The position numbers were made by a program, and so were the translations under genes. Below, piece after piece: positions 1 through 15,400 of a stretch of 64,000 bases of DNA. How positions within the stretch are numbered: position 1 is the first letter of the stretch; each line of letters starts with the position of its first letter. Source of the stretch: Octopus vulgaris (lineage: Eukaryota); contig OX597836.1 of assembly GCA_951406725.2 (NCBI GenBank), positions 38,316,001-38,380,000 on the forward strand, given 5' to 3'. The notes below the pieces were generated by a model that did not search any database, had not been told where the DNA came from, and saw only the letters and a program-made list of their open reading frames with translations.

Positions 1-1257
1 TGTGCCTCATCAGACTGCACAACCAGCTTCACAAAACCCTTCATTCTTGCCTACCATATGCTGAAAGTATTCAGAAAACTTGATTCTTCAATAAGAATCA
101 TCATTGTTGTTTGCATGTAATAATCTTGGAATGTAAATTTTTCCCAAGCTCTTTTAAGAATCCACTAAATGCTTATTACTGTTTCACATGCACATTGTAC
201 AGTTGACTTCTGTGGCAAGTGTATGAAATGTTCAATAGCCGGAGAAGCAGCACGTGTTACTGTATAAGTTTTGCTGGATTTTCTCTTCTGTACATCAACA
301 TGTGTTAACATGAATTTTGAACTTATCACAGATCCATGGAATTGTCAGGCATGTTGGAGCTTCAGTTTCAAAATCACACCTCCATTGTCATTGAACTCCA
401 TCAACATTCTCAAGTTTGAAATACTGTATTAAAGTGGTCTTTAATTCCTTAAACAACAACTATACCTCTGCCATTTTGTCACAGTTGCTTGCAATAGCAT
501 GAAGAAGTCAAGGAAGTTTCCATTTTTTTAATCTCAAAATAATTCCCAATGACTATTTCATACATCAACAATTGATCGAGTGCAACTTAACTTTTTCAGT
601 ATCACATCTTTATTACAGTATTTTAAAATGGAAACCTTTTTGAAAAAATTTTCATAAAAAAAAAAAATTCTGGCTACATTGAAAAATGCCTTAAAAAATA
701 GCTTAAAAAAAGTAAAATGTAACTTGTGTTAATCCCATAATGTCTGAATAAGCTTAGTACTAAAATAATTCCTCACAATTTTCTTTCTCTGAAGTGTGTA
801 TACATATATATATATGTATGTGTATATGTATGTATATATGTATGTATATATGTATGTATATATGTATGTGTATATGTATGTGTATATATATGTATGTATG
901 TATGTGTATATGTATGTGTATATGTATGTATATATATATGTATGTATATATATATGTATGTATGTATATATCTGTGCATGTGTGTGTGTTGTATATAGCT
1001 ATATAGCAACACTGGTGATAGATTTATCTCACTAATATTCTATTATTCATACAAAACATTTGCTATATTAAAAAAATGTCTTCTCGTTTTGTGTTGTTTC
1101 ACTTTGAAGTACCTCATAAAGCTTTTATGAAAAATAATTATCTATCTTGTAAACAAATCAGTTGTATCAGAAAATAATTATGATGCAGGTAAATTGAACT
1201 TCTTCATATCCTTGTGTATATTTGTTTCTATTAATTGTGTAAATATTTACTTTGTAG

Positions 1258-1290
1258 CAGTCATGCCAACTCCTAAACCACCTACATCAG
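1258..1290 (+). CDS. 33-nt micro-exon, Pro/Thr linker ([11 protein letters not shown])
   Basis: tttgTAG-CAG tandem acceptor, donor CAG|gtaat; phase 1-1 matches the next exon. Confidence 0.65.
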
Positions 1291-2385
1291 GTAATATTCA
1301 GTTCCATATCTTGTCAGAATTTTTTTATCATTTCTAGCAGATTCATAATATTTCATTTATAATAAAAATTTATATCATCTTTGTCCAAAACCATATCTAT
1401 CTCAATTATATGAACTTGAGTGTGTGTATATATGCACACACACATACATATATATATAGGTATATTATATATGTTGTGTATTATATATTTGATATAAATA
1501 TATATATGTATTATATCATAGTAATTTTTAAAATGTCACAAAATATTATATACACACAATATTAAATATATGCGTGTGTGTGTGGAGAAATAGTTAAATT
1601 TGACATGCTTTTGTGCCTGCTATGAAGGTGCACATATATCTGTGTGGACTGGAATGTCTGCTGACAGGCCATTGGAATTAATAAACTGTCAAACACTTGT
1701 AATATGCAAATTAGAAGCTGCAGTTCTTTGAGTTCCTAAATTCAAATCTATTAGTATCTTGTTCTATAATCGATTTTGTTGCATAATACACACATTCATA
1801 TAGACATATTTATATAGAAACACATACAACTATCCATTTATGTATATGTACAAACACATACACATATGTATACATACATGCATGTTCACTTACACAAGTT
1901 TACTTATCAATCTATATATGTATATACTAGCTGGTGTACCCAGTAATTCCCAGCGGTAAAGATGTTCTGTTGAAACAATTTATTAATCTGATATAAAAAA
2001 GCAATTTCGTTATAACTGCCACAGTAGGTGTATTTTCCATCACGAAAAAGTACAAAAACTGTCAGCTAGAGAAGTGTGTCTTTTGTGCTACAAAGCCATT
2101 ATTTCATTTACTAATTAAATAATGGCTTTTTAACACCAAAGACACACATCTCATTGTTGTTTTTCCTCCATTTTCTTATTTTCTATATATCATATATATA
2201 TATATATATATACACACACATATATATATATACATATATATACTCTGATTGAATAACTGCTAATATATTCATAGAAATTGTATGGTAGATGTTTACTGAA
2301 TTCTGTTAAAAGAAAATTAGGTTTTCATATGCCTATGCAGTGTTGGGCATTTATATGCTTTCAACTCATAACTTATATGTATGTA

Positions 2386-2443
<58 letters not shown>

Positions 2444-3410
2444 TAGAGAGAGAGAGAGATTTGAGAAATGAATAAGGATGACTTCACTGGTAGTTCTGAT
2501 CAGTTTAATTTATTAGTTTTCTAATTTTTTAATAACATAAGTTTTACACTTTAGTTTGTAAATCTAGTAAGTTGTTAGTTAACTTGGGTGGCGAAGTTTA
2601 AAAAAAAATTCCTTAACTTTTTTATAGAACTTTCTTGCATTTATTGTCAAACAGATCTGAGAGTTTGGGTTGGGATCGGGGTTTGTTAATCAGTGTGGGA
2701 GTGAAATACTGTTGATGAATAAGAGCTGAAAGGAAATGGTGAATGGCCAAAACCAGATACTTGATTGGATATGAAGTTGAGAGATGGTGGAGTGTTAAAA
2801 GAGTGTTTAATGAAGCCATTTAAATAGTTGAGAAATATAATGACCAGATGTTTTCCCAAATTCTTTCTTTTAGCAATTTTCTGTTTTAAGTGTGTCTGGG
2901 GTGGTGGTGTCAATGAGGTGTGTAAGATACAGGTCTTTTGATAGGAATGTTTTTTATATATTGGTTTGAGATCATGCTGGCTTACATATTTACTTCACTA
3001 CATATAGTAAACAAAAAGTATATTTATATATCTCTCTCTCTCTTCATATATATATATATATAGGATAGGAGCACTCTGTTGGTTGTGACGACAAGGGTCC
3101 CTGCTGATACAATCAATGGAACAGCTTGCTCATGAAATGAACGTGCAAGTGGCTGAGCACTGCACAAACACATGTACCCTCGGGGAAATTCAGCGTGACA
3201 AGGTTGGCCCTTTAAAATACAGGCACTACTCAATTTTGCCAGCTGAGTGGACTGGAGCAACATGAAATAAAGTATCTTGCTCAAGGACACAATGTGCCGC
3301 CAAGAATTGAACTCACAACCTTACGATCATGAGCCGAATGCCCCTAACCACTAAGCCACGCACCTTCACACACACATATATATATACACATACGTATGTT
3401 TATATGCATG

Positions 3411-3444
<34 letters not shown>

Positions 3445-6400
3445 TATGTACACATACATAAACATATAAAGCAAAGCCTCCACTATATGTAGCTTGGTAA
3501 TTGTTGAGTTGGTGAATTCTATTATTAAGAATAAGTGAAGTAAATTATAATTTGAAACTTTTGCAGAAACTGGTCAGGATGTTGTGTTGATGTTGGATTC
3601 CAGCGTAACAGATGAAAAGTTTTTCTTGATGCTTATCTTTGCTCGTGCATTTGTTGGGATGGCTGATTTTGACACAGGGAAAGTGAGAATCGGTCTTATG
3701 CTCTTTAACTCTGAAGCTAAAATCGAAGCCCATTTAAATACATTCCATAGGAAAGCTGATTTACTGCAGGTTATTGATATGTTGCCACAAAGTAGCGGAA
3801 AATCAAACAAAGCCAAGGCTTTCAATGAAGTAAGTATGTTTCATAATCATCATCATCCTTATTAGGAAATATAGAGTTACAACTTGTATATAGCGTCAGT
3901 TTTAAGTAAGATATAATTTATAGAATGTATCCATAACTCTGAAGTTATGAAAGAAAAATCAATTATCGGCGCAGGAGTGGCTGTGTGGTAGGTAGCTTGC
4001 TTACCAACCACATGGTTTTGGGTTCATTCCCACTGCGTGGCACCTTAGGCAAGTGTCCTCTACTATAGCCTCGGGCAGACCAAAGCCTTGTGAGTGGATT
4101 TGGTAGATGGAAACTGAAAGAAGCCTGTCGTATATATGTTTGTGTGTCTGTGTTTGTCCCCCCAACATCGCTTGACAACCGATGCTGGTGTGTTTACGTT
4201 CCCGTAACTTAGCGGTTTGGCAAAACAGACCGATAGAATAAGTACTAGGCTTACAAAGAATAAGTCCTGGGGTCGATTTGCTCGACTAAAGGCGGTGCTC
4301 CAGCATGGCCGCAGTCAAATGACTGAAACAGGTAAAAGAGTAAAGAGTATAGCTAGAGTTTAGACGTAACTAATTACAGATAGTAATCACTGATGATGTC
4401 TTGCTCTAGATATCCTATCACTTTGTTAATATTGTTACTCTCATTGTGTGCATATTTGTCACTCTGTATTCTTTTACCCTGTTCATGTTCTGTAATTCTG
4501 TTATTCTATTGATATCCTGTTAATCACTTAATACTATAACAACTTTTTGAAAAGGAAGACTGTATAATATTGTTCTATTTAAAGGGGCACACATTCTTCT
4601 TTGTATAAAAGAAGAGCTGCAGTGATGAAAATTTATAGTGCCTCATGTTTGTACTACTGAGATTTAGCTGTTGAGAGAAATACAAAAGTTGTAGCAGACT
4701 TCTAAAACCATGCAGTATTACAAAGGAAGCGGGTTAAGAAGCATGTGACTCTTTATAAGGAGAAAAATGGGGGAGGATCATTGAGTAGATATAGAAGATG
4801 TGATGTATTTGTAGATTTTGAGTATCACGTAGTGATAATTAATTTAGTTTGGAAATACAAAATATTTTCCATAGACATGCAGAAAATATGAATTAATAAT
4901 TTAAAGATTAACAAATGTTTGAAATACTGGAAAGGGTAGCAACCATAATAGTTGACAGTGTTTAGAAAAATATTATTTTAGGAATCTGGGACACCAGTAT
5001 CTCAGTCCAATAAGTTTCCGCTAAAGACTTTTCTTAATCCTTTCTACTCAGACTCGTCATACCTCTTCTAAAATGCTATCCCTGTTTCCATTTTTTGTTG
5101 CATCAGCCTGTAGAAATCCACACTGAATATCAACTATATTAACCCTATCATACTGTGTACCTGGTATACTGAGAATAGCCTAAATGTAATCTCTGCCAGA
5201 TTCCTGTTAAGGTGGTAATGAATAACACACAGAGAAAAAGATAAAATAGACAACTGATCACATTGCAACTTTGTAGTCAAGTGTGTTTATGGCTCATTGT
5301 TAAAGGTGTTCTCCATTATTCTTGTTTACTTTTGTTTTCCATAAAAAAAATTTAAAAAATCTGATTTTGTGATGAAACAACTCTTTACAGTTGAGGAAAT
5401 TATTGATGATATTCATTCTTTGGATGAAGAGTTTACCCTTATGCAGGTAGTGAAGGGGATTTGGACAATCAATCTGGCAAAAGTGATGAGGAAAGTAGTG
5501 ATTTGGGTTAACAAATACACTAGTTGAGAAATATTGTTATTCTCCTTTTTTTTTTTTTTTTTTGTGACTCTGTCGATGAGTTTACCTGCAATGAATTAAT
5601 ATGGTAGTTGTGAGAAAGGCCTATTATTGTTATTCTCCTGAATATTTTTGCAATTCTGTCCATTAGATTGCCTGCAATTGTTACTCTTGAGCTGTATATG
5701 CAACTGTTTATTTACATTTGATGGATATTTATCCTCATCTTGTTTGTTGTTAACACAACATTTCGGCTGATATACCCTCCAGCCTTCATCAGGTGTCTTG
5801 GGAAAATTTCAAACCAGGGTTCTCATTCCTAAAGTATTTTGCGATATTATTATTGTTCAGGTCACTGCCTGGAATCAAACTTGTAATCTTGGGGTTAGTA
5901 GCCTGCGCTCTTAACCACTAGACCATATTTCCTTTTTGCTCAGAAGCCCAGGTAGAGGATAAAATTAAACACATAGACCTTTATCTGAGAGGGTTACGAT
6001 CACCTCTCTGGGTTTAATAGATTTCATTATTGTCTTAGAAACTGTTAGCTTACAAGTAATCTATATTTCATTGAACATATGTAACTGTTATTAAAGAGAG
6101 ATTACATGCTGTGTTAGTCAAATATATACTGCAATAAATACAGTATTTTGTGCCAATCATTTTTACACAAATGTTGCTTTTCAGTATAGAAATTTTTTTA
6201 AATGCTTTTTTTTTTATACAAAATAAATTCAAATTCATCTCAAGTTTCATTCTTAATATGTATAATTTCTCAAAGCTTGCATTTATTCTAATCTGAATAA
6301 ATGTAACTTCCATTTTATTGTGAAATTATCTAATTTCAATTAAATATGAATGATGACATGAACACCTGTTACTTACCACTGAAAACAATCTTAACATTTT

Positions 6401-9400
6401 CTGTCTTATTTGCAATTGAAACAAAACTCATGCTGTTTATAAATGAAATATTTATTTTGTGAATTTGCACATGCATACACATATATAATTTATATGTATG
6501 CATGTGTGTATGTATATATATATTTTGTCTAATATCAAAATTGAAATATTTAGGTGAGGAAAAATATGTTTGTCACTGAAAATGGAGACCGACCTAAAGC
6601 TGAAAATAAGGTTATTCTCATCACTGGATCAAAGACCGGTGATATAGCAAAAGCTAAGAAACGTGCTGAAGAATTAGAAAAAGAAGCCAAAGCTGAGGTA
6701 TTTGTACTTGGATTAGGTGATGTAGATCCAAATGAGCTGTACAGTTTTGCATCTGCACCAGAGAATGAACATGTGTATCAAGTGAACTCTGCTGAAACTG
6801 TAATGAATATTATGGATCCACTTTTAAATAAAGTTAAGCAAGGTATGAACTTGATATTATAAACATAATTTGTTTTTTGACTCAAAATATAATGATTAAT
6901 CTTGAAAATACTGTTTCATATTGCATTTAAACATCTTGAAAACATATGTAGTATAAATGGCAAAAATGTCCTTGATGATTAGGATTCGTTTAGTCTACTT
7001 CTGACAATCATGACCTAATGAATAAAATTGAAAATGTATTTCATTTTTACAGTATATGTACCACCTCCAACTACTCCAGCTCCTACAACTAGACGTACTC
7101 CACGAACTACTCTGTCAACAAGACGACGAGTTCCAGTGACTATTCCACCAAGGCCTGAAACAACCCAAAGAATTACAACCCGAAGGACTACAACCCGAAG
7201 GACTACACCCCGAAGGACTACGCCCCGAAGGACTACGCCCCGAAGGACTACACCCCGAAGGACTACACCTCGAAGACCCGTAGTAACTACACCCAAAAGA
7301 ATATACAGACCTTCAGGTAAATTATGCAACAGCTATAATATTTTTTATTGCATTATTTGTATCTTCTTATATCAATAAATAAATATAAACTCTTAATATA
7401 GAAAAAGTTATAAATGTAAAGTTGTATAGATTAACATTTGTGTGATTGTAATTGCAACATCTTTTTTGTTTTGTAGATTGTACCAGCAAAGCTGACATTC
7501 TGTTTGTTGTTGATTCTTCTGGAAGTGTTGGTGAAGAAAACTTTGCCAAAGTAATAGACTTTGTATATTCTACCATTGAGAGTCTTGATATAGAATCAGG
7601 ATTATATAATGTGGCTCTCATCACATTTAGTGATGAAGCACGTACAGAATTTTATCTAAATTCTTTTACCAGGAAAGAAGATATTGAAAATGCCACTGCA
7701 GCTGTAAAATATGTCTACGGCTCAACTCATACAGCAATTGCTCTTCGAATGGCACGCAGAATGATATTCACTGAAGTCAATGGAGACAGGCCTGGTAAAT
7801 ATAGCAATTACTTTTGTTGGAATATTTTTGATATAGTGTTTTTTTGCTTCTTAAGTTTGTTTTTTAACTTAATAAACTTTTCTAAAGAATTGGACCAACT
7901 AATATAATTCATAACATATTTTGAAGGACTTTCAGACTGCTGAAGATGACATTTTAAAATCATTTAGTTTTATTGGAAGACTTTGGCTACTAGAAGAGGG
8001 CATTGAATGAATGTGGTAAAAGTTTAGAGTGTATATTGTATAGTGGCAGAAGTGATCAGTGTACATTAAAAAGTGTATAGTGGTGGAAGTGATGGCTGTT
8101 GTCTGAATAGTGTATAATGTATGTCAGTGGAAGTTGTTGGTGTAGACTGAAGATTATATAATATTTTTTAAGACAAAAACAGCATCCATTTTCAATGTTT
8201 CCAATATGGTGCAGGAAATGAGGAAGTAATTCCAGATCACAAACCTGGCTGTAATGCTTGCAATGGAGTGAATTCCACTAAAGTCACACAACAGCTGTCT
8301 TTCTGATGGGCTTCAAAACTGTTTCTGTCACAGAAATTTCACTCACTAAGGTTTAATCAGAGTCTATGGCAGAAGCCAATTAGATTGAACTCAAATTATT
8401 TAGTTGCAAAACATATTTCTTAAGCATATGACCATAATTGCACAAATTGAAAGGAAGTCACAGATAAGGGGTGTGAAGTCAAAATATATGTTAATTACAA
8501 CTGTAATTAGGTTATTCATGAAAAAGTATGCCAATGAAGGAAACTTTACTAATCAATCTTTTAGAATATGGTTAAGTTTTGTGAACACTATTATAAAGTG
8601 CAAGAATTCGTATACATTTATATTAAATGTACTTTTAACTAGTTTCTAGTTAATATTTTCATTACTTGATTTTTGTTTTCAGATGCACCCAACATTGTAG
8701 TTATTATAACTGATGGACAGTCAAATATTAATCAGAGAGAGACTTTACCACAAGCTCGTCTTCTTAAACAGAGTGGTGTGAGTGTTATAACTGTAGCTGT
8801 TGGATTTGCAACACAAACAGAAGAATTAATTGGAATGACATCACCGCCAGTTGCAGAGAATTTATTTTCTGTTGATGATTTCAGTGAGCTTGAAAATCTT
8901 CATGCCAGGATTGTAGAACCAATTTGTAAAGGTAAGAAGTCTAGTCACTGTAACTCTCCATCGTCTTAAGTTCTTAATGAAATTAGATGATAATTTAATA
9001 TAAACAAATTGCTTACAAAGACCTTTGATATAATAACAGGTTTATTGATAAAAGTATATTCTAGAATGTTACCCGTGTACAATGTTTATTGATTGAAATT
9101 CACTCTTTTATTTCATGGTTTATAATAGGCCAACATTTGTGTGCAAATAACCCCTGCAAAAATGGAGGAGAATGCTATGATACACTTAAACATTACATTT
9201 GTATCTGCGCTAAAGGTTTCTATGGAACAGAATGTGACAAAGGTAAGCATTTGTGATTATTTCTGTTTACGTGAACGATGGTAAATTGGTTGTTTTATCA
9301 TTTCAAAATACATATAAAAAATGTAAAATCAATCCGAATGTTTACCAAGCCTTTCTTTTTCCTTCTAGTCTGTCCACAACCAGCTGATGTAGCATTTATT

Positions 9401-12400
9401 CTAGATTCTTCTACTAGTGTTGGATGGAGAACCTTTCAGAGAATGAAACGCTTTGCTGAAGGTATGGTGAGAGATCTAGCTATAGGTTACTGTGGCCACC
9501 GCATTGCTTTAGTAAAATACAGTTCACGACCTTTAATAGAATTTCATCTAGACCGCTTTAATAGACAAGAATCAGTTATTCGAAGCATTGATGATACTTC
9601 CTACACTCGAGGCCATGCTGATATGGCAAATGCCATAAAGTTTGTGAGTCAAGAAATATTTAGTCCAAGACATGGAGATCGAGATGGGGTAAGTAAAATT
9701 ATGTCTTCTTGTTGCTTTATGATTAACTTTATTGATCAAGAAAGATTTCTGTATTAAAAAACAAACTCCCTTTCTGTTTGGCTAGGTCAAAAACATCGCC
9801 TATTTGCTGACCCATGGTCAAATAGATATGTCAAGAGAAGATACTCTCAGACAAGCTGAATTAGCCATTTCTTCTGGTATTCATATTATACCCGTAGCAT
9901 TTAATGTTCGGAGAAGCTATGAACTTGACACCATTGCAGCTGCACAAGGAATAAAAACAACTGAAATTTTTGGAGCTGATGTAGATGGAATGACTGATAC
10001 CTTATTGCATCCTATTTTTGAAAGTATGTATTATACTTTTACTTCTCACATAATAATGTTATATAAACTGTTAAGTAGCTAACTTTAACACTGTCCTTTT
10101 TCTTGGACGTATTTCATTCATTGACAGAAGGTAACTAATGTTTCCATTTCTCAGTCTTTAAAAATTTGTTACTATTTTCATTTTTATTATTTGGTCAGTG
10201 AGTAAAAGCTATATACATTTTCTTAGCCCGCATATCTACTAATACAATGAAATGAACTTTAAACATAGAAAAAGTTTTTATTGTATTCTCAATATATTTA
10301 TTCATGCTTTATTTCACACACACACACACACACATATATATTCATTGTCACATAATAAATTAAAATAGTTACTTTTTTTCTGTATTATTGTTTAAATGTT
10401 GGTAGTTATTTCATACTTCATTTATTTTACAGCTCGAAGTCACTGTGAACCAAATCCCTGCTTAAACGGGGGAAAATGTGTCAACTATCCATTTACATAT
10501 AAATGCGAATGTAAACGAGGTTTCACTGGTGAAAATTGTGAAAAGCGTATGTTGTTGCATTTTTGCATATCTTTTGAAACTAGCATGATAATAACATGAT
10601 CAGTCAGGTGATGTATGTTGCACACAATCCTTCTACAAAACTAAAGAAATAATACCATAAACATATAATTAAACACAGTGACAGTTCCAATCTTAGCTGA
10701 AATATTCTAATGATTTGAAATATGCTGAGCTTTTATCACTCACTTTATGTTGGAAATTTAGTAAGAAAATATGAAGGAGGTATTTGTAATATTACATCAG
10801 ACTACTATATAACACACATTACATTGTAGATAGTGTTACTTTTATCTGCTTGATACAGAGGCTGTGTAAAAGATGAAATTTCTATAGAGTAAAAATCTAC
10901 TGAGCTATATTATTCGAATGCAGCAGTCTTTAGTCATGAACATCAAACATCTATAAGATATCATATTGCAGTAAATGATAAATAATCTTTCTTAGCAACT
11001 TTACTCTTGTAGGATTACCAAAACTACCCCCAAAAAGAACTAAGATTGCTTTTCTAGACCTATTCAGCTTTTATCAGTCAACTAGCACTATGACCCGGCA
11101 ACGATGGGTCATAATGCTAGTTATCTCTAATTTTTATGGTAAAAGTATCTGACATAAAATAGAGAAATGTTTTTGTTTCACTTTTAACACGTAATAGTGG
11201 AGAAGATATGATATTGCTGTGGGCTCGACCTAGGCAAGAAGTTGAACATTTCTTTTTGCCGATGACACTCCCCGGACCCTAAGTAAGGCATGTGTAAAAT
11301 TTGAATGAAATTGTTTGTGTAGATCTCAAGTTTTAGACAGACAGACAGACACACATTCTCAGTTTTATATATATAGAGATGACTGCACAAAATTCATGTA
11401 AAGGGGATCCCTATTGAAGTATTATTGTGTTATGTGCAACAGTGATGCTGCTATACGCACAAATGTCCAAGACAAAATTTCAGTAAAGGCTACCCTGCTG
11501 ATTGACATGAGATTAATGATCAACACACTACAACCATGGGTGTATAACCACATACTGAACTCTATCTTCTCTGTGCCATCTATACTGATCCTCTGATTTG
11601 TCAAGTGGTATACCCTCTCCCACCATGCCATCTCTTTTATTTTATCATCACCTTTACTGTATCTCAATAATCACATCTTGTACTAACTGTTTTTTCCAAT
11701 CTTTACTTTCTAGAACTGCCATTATCTAGACTTTCCTCTTTAGAAATACTCAAACTGAAACCTATGTAGCTCAAAACAATTTGAGAGACGGGCATGAAAA
11801 AGTTATACACATGGTCCTTCTGGCTTAGATGAACTTATAAAGAAAAACAATCAAAAATATATTAGATTAACGACTAGAATACCTCAAACTACTCCAGTAG
11901 TGCTACTTCTCAGACATGAAGGAAAAAAATGTTCTCTACACATTTTTTCTCTGATTCATCTCAAACTTAAAATCAGTTATTAATTAGACAAATCTCCAGA
12001 CATTATTAAGCTTTGGCTCATATGTTCACATTGTTACTTTTACTTCTCGTTAGGAATTTTTCTATTTATCTTATGTCCTTTCTTCTTAAATCTCTTTATA
12101 TGGAAATAATCTAATTTCCATTATGTTAATTTTAATTTCTATTTGAAACTTGCAGCACTAATGCAAATTTTACTCCTTTTGCAGAATGTAATTCTAGAGC
12201 TGATATGATTTTAGTTATTGATACTTCACGTTATGTAACAAGGCCAGCTCTCCGAAGGGTCAAACGTATGTTACGAAAAACAATTAAAAGACTTTCATTC
12301 AGTCATCAAAATATACGAGTTGCAGTAATAACCTATGATGCAGAGCCAAGACTCCGACTTACTCTTGATAAAGGTAGACACAAACAGGATGTGATGGCAG

Positions 12401-15400
12401 TTCTATCAATGCTCAGGTAATTTTTACGTTTAATTTTTCTTGAATCACAACCCTGTAGTTTCAGTGTAGTTCACTCACTTAGACCACTTTTAAATAAACT
12501 TTAACATCTATTTATTTCTGCATAGTTTCTTGATTTTTTTTTAGTTCTCCAAATTAGCTTGCAATTAAATGTCCATTAAAAGTCATTCCTGCATTGATGT
12601 CTAGCTCATACAAGATAGAAAAAGGCACATTAAAACGATGATGATGATGATGAAAACCATTGATAATAGCACTCCATTATTTGGATAGCATTTAGAGTAG
12701 AATTAAAATTAAAAGAGCTGGATTGGACTATTTATTTTATAGTTTGTGAAGTTAGATATGCTGTGTTTGTTAATAGAAGATTTTATTGTGTTACTACAGT
12801 TCACATAGCTACTGGATGAACTGGGATTCTTACCCCTAATAACAGATAATTTGTTTCTCCGCTTAGCTATCACATGGTGAGATTGTTTCCCTAGCTAATA
12901 GATGATCATGGATTGTTAACCCTTATAGACTGGCATGCTATTCAGTAAAGGCTTCATATCTGGTTAATACCATAAAACCACAACCAAGTACTGACCCATG
13001 AAATATATTTGCGATTGGAGGAATATATTTATATTACATTACATTTAAAGAAGAAAGTATATATAGATTACAAAGTTAACTAATTTAAATATTTGGGATC
13101 ATTAAATAATCTTAAACACAAATGGCAGTGTATTGTTTTACCTTCTACTGCACTTCATGATCTCATGATTAGTTGTTCAGGGTGTTGAATAACTGAGGTG
13201 TATGTTATATTATTTGCACTCTCCTATTTAATTTATAAATGATTATATGGAAGACATAGCCATGTATTTAGTGTTGTTGTGAAATTAGGTGCACAAGTGT
13301 CTTTTGACATCTTGGGAACCAGCCTCTTACATTCTCTTTACTCTTTTACTTGTTTCGGTCATTTGACTGCGGCCATGCTGGAGCACCGCCTTTAGTTGAG
13401 CAAATTGACCCCGGGACTTATTCTTTGTAAGCCTAGTACTTATTCTATCGGTCTCTTTTGCCGAACCGCTAAGTTACGGGGACATAAACACACCAGCATC
13501 GGTAGTCAAGCGATGTTGGGGGGGACAAACACATACACACACATATATACATATATACGACAGGCTTTTTTCAGTTTCCATCTACCAAATCCACTCACAA
13601 GGCTTTGGTCAGCCTGAGGCTATAGTAGAAGACACTTGCCCAAGGTGCCATGCAATGGGACTGAACCCGGAACCATGTGGTTGGCAAGCAAGCTACTTAC
13701 CACACAGCCACTCCTTGTTGAGTAAATCCTAATGAATTGTTAAATAACACTGTTACAGTCAAAAATTTCCTCGTAGGCCTAATTTCATAGTGATATTAAA
13801 TATGTATAGGATGGACATGATTACATTATTTATTAATACGTAACTCACCATGCTGTATTCATACATATGATACTTGTTGTTGGGTCAACAACTTTACTTG
13901 TACCATTATGCAAATGAGTCTATGCCTAGAAAAATATTTGTTTACGTTTTAATAAATACATCTTTAGCTTACTTAAGCTTGGCCTCTTAGAGAAGAGAGA
14001 TGAGTGAATCCTGATAAATTGTTAGATAACAGAGGGAACTGGTTGTTTCAATCTTCATCATAATCTCTTTTATTTCCTAACAAGATTCCAAATATGTTTA
14101 GATGCGAGTTTGTATATTTATTCATAACCCATTCTACTGATACTCCACAAGGTTTAAAATACCATCTGGTCTTTGGATACTTTTAGCAAAGTTCACTCTG
14201 TTGCCATCATTTAAGTCAATCTCCTGGTTACTCTCCATACATTTTCCTGCATATTTTCAGGATGGGTATCAGCCATATTAATGGCACTGGCCAGAGACAT
14301 TACTCCAACTCCCATGATTAATTTTATATAAAAAGAGAATTGTGATTCTTCATTGTAACAGAGAACTAATAACTACAGATTCAGTTAATATTACACCAAT
14401 TCTGGTATATATGGTCTGAACCAGAGAAGCTAGATAGATAAAGAGAAAGACAGACAGAGTATTGTAGTAACATTTAGGAATCTAAATATTTGGTGGAACA
14501 TATAGTTTGCAGTCAACCTGCTAGAAGTAGAAGTCAAACCTTCATTAAATCATACTTTATTGTCCTAGAACAATACATTTTTGATAATGTGCTATTGTAT
14601 CCACCCTGTTTGAGAATATGACAGGATGGTTACAACCAAAATGACTTATAAGATCTACTAGCCCAGCATGAAACAACAATGGCAGTGTCATCTAAATAAA
14701 TTGATCAGAATTCATTTTAGTGAACTTAAGACAACAGTTATTTTGTTCTTTCATTTTTTAATTAATGGCAATTAATTACGTTCACGAAGACTTAGTAGCA
14801 TTTAATTTTTCTTTGGTTTTGTAAAATTTGAACACAATTTAATAAAAAGCAATTATTATTATTAAGACCTGGACGAACTGACCCTAACCCTGGTGCTGCG
14901 CTACGAATGGCCAATCAAGATGTGTTACGGCAGAAATTAGGAGACAGACTACATGTTCCTAACTATTTGGTACTTGTCACAAAATCTGTAAGAGATCTCG
15001 ATGAAATGTTGCTCCAGTCCCGAAATCTTAAAATGAAAGGAACTAGAATTATGGCTCTTGGTAAGAAAATTGTACTTGATTTATTTTATAGATACAAATT
15101 ACAATTTACAAATATTGTTATATTTCCATCACTTGAAAGATATTGAACAAAATGATTTTAAAATCATATGAATATCTCTATAAAAGTATCTTGATCCATT
15201 GTCTGTTTATTATTTTTCACTGTTTCTGCTGTGTATTGCAGCAAAGTTGTGAAGTTAGTGTGCTGCTCTGCTGCATATCTATTTACCACAACCATTTTAC
15301 TGTACCTCCTCAAGATTCAGTGTTGTTAAATGTAAATAGTTTAAACTCTTTTGCTTCTTTTAATAACTCTCTGGCTGTCAAATGGATCAACACTAGGAAC

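Noticed and set aside
1-700. Possible decayed transposase on the minus strand
   Set aside because: No recognisable motif or open frame.
1926-2190. Possible second Helitron end (ACTAG plus a weak hairpin)
   Set aside because: The hairpin is poor and no 5' TC terminus could be defined.
5139-5520. TTAA-CCCT motif followed by an acidic coding-like stretch (possible piggyBac remnant)
   Set aside because: There is no clear matching right terminus or transposase motif.
5865-5928. tRNA-like sequences (also at 3300-3369, 3968, 20305 and 63659)
   Set aside because: They have A and B boxes but no complete cloverleaf and are attached to SINE bodies, so they are not tRNA genes.
7015-7329. Minus-strand (GVVLR)n ORF
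   Set aside because: It is the antisense of the RRTTP exon, which has proper splice sites on the + strand.
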